DNA from: Vicugna vicugna
Lineage: Eukaryota
DNA: 64,000 nucleotides
Reading direction: 5' to 3'
Assembly: GCA_013265495.1 (NCBI GenBank)
Contig: MU058451.1
Coordinates: 479,023 to 543,022 of the forward strand
Below, in pieces: positions 56,105 through 64,000 of this stretch. The notes under the pieces were generated by a model, which ran no database searches, was not told the DNA's origin, and was given only the letters and a program-made list of their open reading frames with translations. The position numbers and the translations under genes were made by a program. Numbering within the stretch: the stretch's first letter is position 1; each line of letters starts with the position of its first letter.

Positions 56105-59100
56105 ATCAATTGCATTTTTAAAAACAGCTTTAATGAGATATCATTTATGTCACATAGGTCACCTATTTTGAAAGTACAATTTGATGGTTTTTAGTATATT
56201 TATAGAGTTGGACAACCATCTCCACAATCGAAGTTTAGAATGTTTTTATTATTCCCCAAAGAAAGTTCTTTAAACTCATTTACCTGGAATGGAAGACAGT
56301 TGATAAACAAGTAATTACGAATGTGATGGGTATTTTCAAGACTTGTTTGGTGAAGGGTGTGATGGAAGTATTCTAGGTTATTTGGAAATTCATTGTTCCA
56401 CTGAAGTGAGCTTTCAAACTGAAACTCACTTTTTCAGACCTTAAGATTTAATTATTTTTCACTCTTTTATGAGAAAATACTCCCCACTGGTCTCTTTCAG
56501 TTGCATAAACCTGCCATACTCTGATCAGCCTTAGGACTTGAGATGACTGTTGGATTTGGCAAGACAGAGGATGTGTTTGTGTCAGTTTAGGTTATCTAGG
56601 AAACAGATGGCAAGACAAAGTTAGAATCATAAGAGATGGATCGGCAATAACACTGGTGAAAAATAAAGGGGAGGGCAGCTGGTAGGGAAAGCCTCCAGAC
56701 CACGATGCCGGTCTGACACCTGTGAAGAGAAGGAAGGAGGACTGGGCAGGAAGAGCCTGAGACCGAGGTGCAGCCTGAGAAAGTTGTGGCCAGCCCAGGG
56801 GGGAGCTCCTGCACTAGTGCCATCTTCCAGAAAAGGTCACAGCTGCTGTCAGGAGGTCCTCTCCCACAGCTCCCTCTTGGGCTCTGGTACCCACTCCTTC
56901 CTCGGGCCCCTTGAAGCACTCCATGGTGATAGCCTTGGGGGATGGCATTATCTCTTGCGGGTTCCTTACACCCTGCCCATACCTCTGAAGAGTCCTTTTA
57001 TGACCATTTCTCCCAAATTACCCAATTTGAATGTGCCAGTTGCTCCTGCTAGGACCCTGACTTACTACGAAGATCATTCTTGACCTTCAAGAGAGTGTTT
57101 TCTTTGGAACGGTAGGAATAAACGACTGATTGGAGTGGGTTCAAGAGAAAATGGGACATGGCAAGATGGAGGCGTGAGGATAAGCAACTCATTGAGGAAG
57201 TTTTCCTGTAAGAGGAGGCGGAGAAATGGACAAGTAGCTGGAGAGCGGCTGAGGAGTCTAGGGAAGGTTTTTGCTTTCTTTTTGGATATGATCTATTCTG
57301 TGTTTGCACGCAGAGAGAATGACCATTAGAGAAGTTTCTTCTACAGGAGATACTTGCCGATCTGTGAGAGGTGGTGGCATCTCGTGGACAGAGCACCCAC
57401 AGGAAGAGAGCTGGAGTTCCCACAGGAACCAGGGGAAAGCAGGGCTTGTGGACAGGCTGGGAGTGGCAAGATGAAGTTGTCTTCTTCCAGTTGCTTCTAT
57501 TTTCCCAGTCAGCTATGAAATGAAGTCATCAGGAGTAGGGAGAGCATATTGGAGTTTGAGGAGAAAGGGGGGTAAAATTGGGGGAGGGTGAATGGATGAG
57601 AGGAATGTAACCAGACAGCAGCCCCTTCGTGAGACTTGGGGACATAAATTTAAAGTGAGACTCGTGGGCAGAGTCACATGATTGTCTCCAGTTCCATCCC
57701 CCTGCTTGGATACAGGTACAGAGAAGGCAGAGAGTTGGGGCTGGCCAGGGTGGTATGACAGAGGCAAGGATGTTGAGGGGAAACCCAGATTGGGGCAGGG
57801 GTGAGGAAGTGAAGGCTGTGAGGAGGTGGCTGTGGTCCTTATACCCTGTCACCCTCCACCCTTTTATCGCTGTGAAAGGCGAACCTCTCCAGACCGTATC
57901 CCTGAGGCTCCCTGGCCCTCTAACTTCCAGTTGAGTTCAGCCAGTGGAAGGCACTGGGGCCAAAAACCGGAAGAGCGTTTTGGGGACTTATTCTCCCCTG
58001 ACCCCTCCTTGCCTGACTGTGGTTCTGTGGTGGCCATGACCCTTGGTAGCCTTTCTCTCAGTGTTCTAGCTCACTGAGCTCGGGACTGATTCTCTCCCTG
58101 GCCTCTCAGGCTGTTGATGGTAAAGGCTTCCCACAGTCCTCATCCCTTGGAGCTTCCCTGTCTCTGGTTGGTTCCCTCAAGCGGCCCACTCCTCTGTAAC
58201 CAGGCCTTTCATGAAACTCTCCCTCCAGTGAAGCCCTTGTGAGCGGCCATCTGTCCCCTGCCAGTTCTGTATCCCTAGGTCAGGACAGGGTGCTAGGACC
58301 TCTGAATTGGAGGCGCCCCTGGGCTTGAAGGTGTTTGGAGCGGGGCTCGCTGTCTGAGGAGGGAGTGCTCAGAGGGTGGGATGCTGGGAGCGAATTCAGA
58401 GGTTGTGCGGGCTTTGGCCGTGAGCCGGGAAGGGCAGGGAGAACGGGAGTGGGGGGCGGAGGGGGAAGGAGGGGCGGCTCACCAGCAGAGAGGAGTCCGG
58501 AGGGGAGGGCGCTCTCCGCGCACTTTACCTGGACCTTCTGTCACCAAGGGTGACTGAAGGGGCAGAAAGGGGAGGGAGCCCAGGAGGGCGCCAGGTGGCA
58601 GGAATGAGGAGGAGGGGGCCGAGCAGGGGAGCCCGGTTAGCGGGTGGGAAAAGGGAGGTGGTCTAGTTGGAGGGCTTGGGCTTCCCTAGAAGCTGGGCTT
58701 TTGGGGCGAGGGAGGAGACCCGTCTGTCCTCGGCAGAGAGGGTCAGGAAGAGCACCCACTCCACCCTGGGCTCTGTGGCGTGCGGGGCGTGGGAGGCAAC
58801 AAGCAGCTGCCTCCCGAGAAGGCTTGAGGGGAAACAGGGTTTAGTTTCCACTCAGAGCTGCCACCAGGTTTCTAAGCGAAAGGGCGAGGGAAATATGCAG
58901 AAAGGTGTGGAGGGTGCGAAGGATTTTGAATGACGGGGTTCCCAGGGGTGCCCGGGAAGGGCTGGGGGGAGGTGAGCTTAAGTCAAGTAAGCGGATGAAG
59001 GGTCACCTGGGGAGGAGAATGTGGTGATGATGATGGATGAGCTGAAGGTTTGCCTCCCGAGGGGACTAAGGTGGAAAGGGTCCCGAGGCGTGGGAGGATT

Positions 59101-60194
59101 ATCCAGACGGTCTTTTAGGGGAACGTGGGGGAATCAGCTCGAATTTTAGCTTCCTTTTTGGGATGGGCCTCTTACGAAGTTTGTAAGGAGGGGCGACTGC
59201 CATCAAATCCTCTGAACGTGGGTCCTGGTGGTGAGGAAAGTGGTCTTAGGGCCATGGACTGTTCTCTTTAGCAGATTGATTGCTCGGTGTGTCCAGCGTG
59301 GCTACTCCACATACAGAAACCATATTCCAGGTAAGTGTTGTTCTGGCAATGTAGCTTGGACCCTAAAATGCTTAGATTCTCAGGACATTTTAAATAATTT
59401 TAAAAAGGACAAAAAACAGATTGTTTAAAATTGGGTCTATCCAATCTGTGGTATAGGGTTGCTATCATTATGAGAAATATAAAAGAAACATAAAGACGAT
59501 TTTTGCCCTCATAGAGGTTATCTCTATTTGGTCTTTCAAGATGTATATAAAGAGGAAAAGTCAGTTCTGAGATGATGTGAAAGTAAGTGCAAGACAGCGC
59601 CTAATAGAAGTAAGAACTAAAATGGAGCTGGTGGATTTCAGCATCTCCTAGGGGACAAAAGGATGAAAAAGAAGAAATTAACATTTGTTACATGACCACT
59701 GTCCCAGGTATTTTGCTGTCACATAGGTTATATCATTTAGTTTTCACAGAAACTCTATGAAATCGTTGTTATTCTAACTTAAAAATGGGGAAACTGAGGC
59801 TTGCAGATGTTAAGTAATTTGCCCAAAGTCCCAGGGCTGGTAACTTGGCCTCATCAGGACTGTCTCTCAATGTATCTTTTTTTCCTCTCTTGTCTTTTGT
59901 TTCAAGTTGGCTTCATTTTTCCCTATTATAAATGGACTTTATTTACATGGCAGAGAACATGCTCACAAGTTCTATCAGAGCAATCCCAAGGAAAGACCTA
60001 GACTAGGCTGGCATGGTTGTATGATCATATCTGGGTCATGTGGCCCGTCTTGGTCATGTGCTTTTCCCCAATAGTAGGGTAAGTGAGTCTATTATTAGAA
60101 GATACAGAGGAAAGGGTGTTGGGCAAATAAGAATATGGACCAACATAGATGTTCCAGAGAACACAGTGGTGGGAAGGTTCTAAAGGCAGACGAA

Positions 60195-60307
60195 TTTGAC
60201 ACAACATTGTAAAATGGCTATAACTCAATAAAAAAATGTTAAAAAAAAGCATTTTATACCTTAAAAAAAAAAAGAAAAAGAAAGACGTTTAAAAATAAAT
60301 AAATAAA
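60195..60307 (+). mobile_element. Very short L1 3'-end insertion with compound tail and TSD
   Basis: tttgacacaacattgtaaaatggctataactcaataaa plus tails; TSD taaaggcaga(c/t)gaa at 60181-60194 and 60308-60321. Confidence 0.82.
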
Positions 60308-63278
60308 TAAAGGCAGATGAACAGCAGGAGGTGGTTGGACCAGGGAGAAAAATCCAACAGTAGTATGAACATCAGAAAATGAGAAGAATAGATGGATAGA
60401 GTGACTTGTATTTGAGGCAATGGCCAAGGACTCTGGAGGTGTGTAGTTAGTAGGACTTCTGAAATAATCTTGGCAGGCACAGGTAGAGGTGGGGGTCTTA
60501 ACTCTGAGTTTGTTATGCTTCCCAGAGGGTCCTAGTTCTCATGAACAGACAGGAGAATGGTTGTAGGTGAGTGGTTCCTGGGGAGATTGGTGCACGAGGA
60601 CACAGCAGCAGATTGAGGAGATTCTTCATAATGTAGTGGAGACTTCCCTCTGCCAGGAAGGCCACCCAGTAGATCACTTTCGCCTGAGGAGAGTGAAATC
60701 ATGAGAACATCCTTCTGTGCAAAATACTTTGCTAAACTGCTTCTGAAATTGGAGGGCTTATGCCTCAGGGAACTTGTGACGGTTGAACTGACGTGATACC
60801 TTGTAGCCATCAGAAGAATGGTGTATGGCTCAGTGCCTAGTAGAACCAAGGTCTTGGGGTGGTGGCCAAGGATTCTTTGGAGCTGTTTCCTTGTTTGCAT
60901 CAGCCCTTGTGCTCGAAGACTAAGTTTACAGCACAAGTAGAAACAATTAAAATGTATGTAATTCTTGGCAATCCCCCAGGCACTGTTGATGTACATTATT
61001 AATTTTAACCTCATATGAACCAGGAATATAATGTTTTCCCTATTTCCAGTAAGGAAGCAGAGGCTAAGTAAAATAACTAGTTTAAGATTTTACAGCTATT
61101 AAATTTTAACACCCAAGAATGTGTTTATCTTATAAAGTTATGGTAAGATTTTACTAAACGTAAATATGGTGTTTTGTGTTTAATTGGTACATGTCAAAGT
61201 GAAATAATCATAAGGGAATATGTGAACGTGTTCCGTTAACAACAACAACATACATAATATCGATATCTGGATTAAAAGCAAAATGTGAACTTTAAAAAAA
61301 ACCCCAAAACCAACAATATAATAGCAACTCATATTTATTGGGTGCCAAGCACTGTGCTAAATATGATGAACATTTAATACTCACAATGACTCCTTGAGTT
61401 AGGCAATATATCATTCTTTTTCTATAGATGAGGGATTGATTGGACAAATACATTACTAAACTGTTACTACCACCACTGGCACCACGATGATGAATGGGAA
61501 TAGGAATAGGCCACATATAGGGAAATCAATTAATAGTTTATTTTAATTTAGGAAATGAGCAGTAGGCCAGGGAAGAAAAGAGAAAGAGAGAGATCCCTGA
61601 GACAGTGTAAGACAAATGATAGATTTCGTCCCTATGAATCGAGCCACTTTCATTTCCTAGGCTCTTTGTCAGTCCTGGTCATCTCCCGTGCCCACCAGCA
61701 TTTTCTTTGGCCTTCGAATTGCATCTCCATCCTCAAACTTTAGCATAAATATTGCCCTGCTAAGTGGAGTGGGGATTAAATGAAATATGGGTGACTGAGG
61801 ACAAATTCAGCTTGGGATGTGGGAGAATAGTGATGCTGTTTACCTAGATGGTGAGCTGGGAAGGGGAGGAATCAGGAAGATGAGGTTTTGGGGTAAGCAG
61901 AGGAGTTGAGTTTTAGCTATATTGAGTTTCTTCACATTGATGTATGCACTTTGGGAGACAGCCTCGTGAAGAGTTCCTGCAGGTGGCAAAAGACTTAGAC
62001 CTGGGGCTTTAGTGAAAGATTCAAGCTCATCCATACATTTGGAAATTGTCCAGCATGGTGGCCACTCAAATGGATTAGCTCTGTAAAGTGGTGAATAAAA
62101 GAAAAAGAAGAGAACAAATTTAGTCTTGGGGGTGCCCGTAATGAAGAGACTAAAGGGGGATCATGATCTCAACTATACATACAGCATTTAATAGCAATGA
62201 TTTTCAGAATACTTTTGAAACAGTAATTTCCCATGAAGCCTCCATAAACTCTAGATGATGAAACTTTTAAAAGCTCCCAATATTCTTTCACTCTTTAATC
62301 CTAATAACTGATTTATTTGAGGCTTAAATGCTATTGCAAGGAATGCACTGGTCCCAAAGATAGTATTATTAGAGATTGAAGTTGAAATTCATTAAAGTAT
62401 ACTAAATGAGATAAGTAATAAAATAGGGGAGAGAAAAGGACAATAGTTATATTAAAGAACTGAATTCCAAGAAAAACCGCCAAGACTAGCTTCCAGGAAG
62501 TCAAGGCAAAATGTGAACGTGGTGAGGTAACTAGATATTTGTCCCATGGAAAGCATTTGAAACATAGTTAATTACTAGTGTCACATGGATCCTCCCTAAC
62601 CTGGATATTAACATGGGTCTTACATAGAGTCAGGGGAGCTGTGCATGTTTAAAAGTTCCCCAGGTGATTCTAATAATTAGTCAAATTTGACAAGCTCTAG
62701 TCTAATAAAGGAAACAGTTCACAGGTGAGAAAATCTATTTTTTCTAGCTCTGAAATCTGAGAGATTTTGTTCCATGAACACTGAAGAATGTGGAATAATA
62801 AAAGAGACAATGTCCTCAATAGCATTGAAAAGGAGAAACCAGGTAGGGATTTTATATGTGTGGATCTCACACTGACCTTTGACGAAATAAAACCCAACAA
62901 CATAATACTAAATTATAATTCTGTTCATGTAAAAAAAGAACCATCTGCGTCAAATGGAAAAAAATTATATTCCTCGGTCATTTTCAGAAATTCTGATTCA
63001 GTAAATCTGGTTAAGGACCAGAAATTTGCTCATTTGTAATAAGCACCCCGGTTGCTAGTGATGAAAGTGGTTCAAGACCATATTTTTGTACCAAGAGACC
63101 GGATGGTTAATAATATTCCTTAGAGTTTCAGGGTTAGATATAAAATCTTGGGATATACCATTTGTGATAGATATTTTTGTTATTTTTGAAAATCGAAACA
63201 GGGGAAGAACCAGGATTAATCTACTTCCACAGAGTAGGTGGGGAAAACTTCTGTGGTATGAAACCAGAGAGCTGCTGC

Positions 63279-63413
63279 TTTTTTTTTTTTTTATGGTGGG
63301 GAAAAAGAGGTAATTAGGTTATTTATTTACCTTTAATGGAGGTACTGGGGATTGAACCCAGGACCCTGTGCATGCTAGGCATGTGCTCTACCACTGAGCT
63401 ATACCCTCCCCCC
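63279..63413 (-). mobile_element. Vic-1-like SINE with A tail
   Basis: Full head and tail on minus; TSD core agagagct at 63266-63273 and 63415-63422. Confidence 0.88.
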
Positions 63414-64000
63414 GAGAGAGCTTCTTTTAGTGAAAAATTTCTTCTGCCCTTTGGGGAAAACATTAAAAGCATAGGCTGCATCACATGCCAGGAGAATAGA
63501 TGTTGGTCTCATTAAAAGGAAGAAATGGATAATAGAATTGACATTCTGTTATCATAGGTGATGATTTAGCATTCTCAGCCTGCCATTTCCTTTCCTCTCT
63601 TATCCTCCAACACATTTTAAAATCAGTGTTTACATATTATTGCCTATGTAAAATTGCAGAATCAGATAGTATTTTGCAATTATTTCCTTCCTAGCATAGC
63701 CTTTTTTGGGAATCAATAATTGCCTCGTTTTTCCCCCACCAATGTGGTTTTCAATTAACTGATCGTTCTTTCAGTTGCTCAACCAGAGCTGTTGTATGAC
63801 TGCCAGCAGGTTTTTTTTTTCCCCCACTAAAGGCTCAACCATACCAGATAATCAATTCCATTTCCCCTGACCCTGAGATCTCTTTCTAAAGCCTCTACCT
63901 CCTTTTGCTCCGATCTGGAGCAGGCTTTGGGGACACCTTTGTGTTAGAACTCACTTTTGATATTTTTCTAGGTTGGATTTACTATTTTAATTGTGGGCTT

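Overview
Mammalian (eukaryotic) genomic DNA, most likely camelid, judged from tRNA-Ala-derived Vic-1-like SINEs. The only gene I can support is TRAM1 (translocating chain-associated membrane protein 1) on the minus strand. It has 11 coding exons between 50660 and 25919 that splice via canonical GT-AG junctions into an intact 1125-nt CDS (374 aa), a ~1.5-kb 3'UTR ending after AATAAA at 24426-24431, and a CpG-island promoter at ~50030-51190. The rest is intergenic or intronic and rich in L1, L2, CR1, MIR, MLT/ERV LTR and MER repeats. A young 5'-truncated L1 with ~797 open ORF2 codons sits ~1 kb upstream of the promoter. I found no new protein-coding system. The most unusual observations are retrotransposition products read directly from target-site duplications (TSDs): a tailless 5'-half tRNA-Cys insertion, two ~45-nt L1 tail insertions truncated at almost the same point, a SINE+L1-tail chimera and an inverted L1 fused to an mRNA-like 3' end. 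There are also candidate TRAM1 regulatory elements (uORF, TCT/TOP-like tract, 3'UTR palindrome), a 97-bp tandem duplication and an E-box cluster. Repeat family names are from recalled consensus similarity, not from a search.
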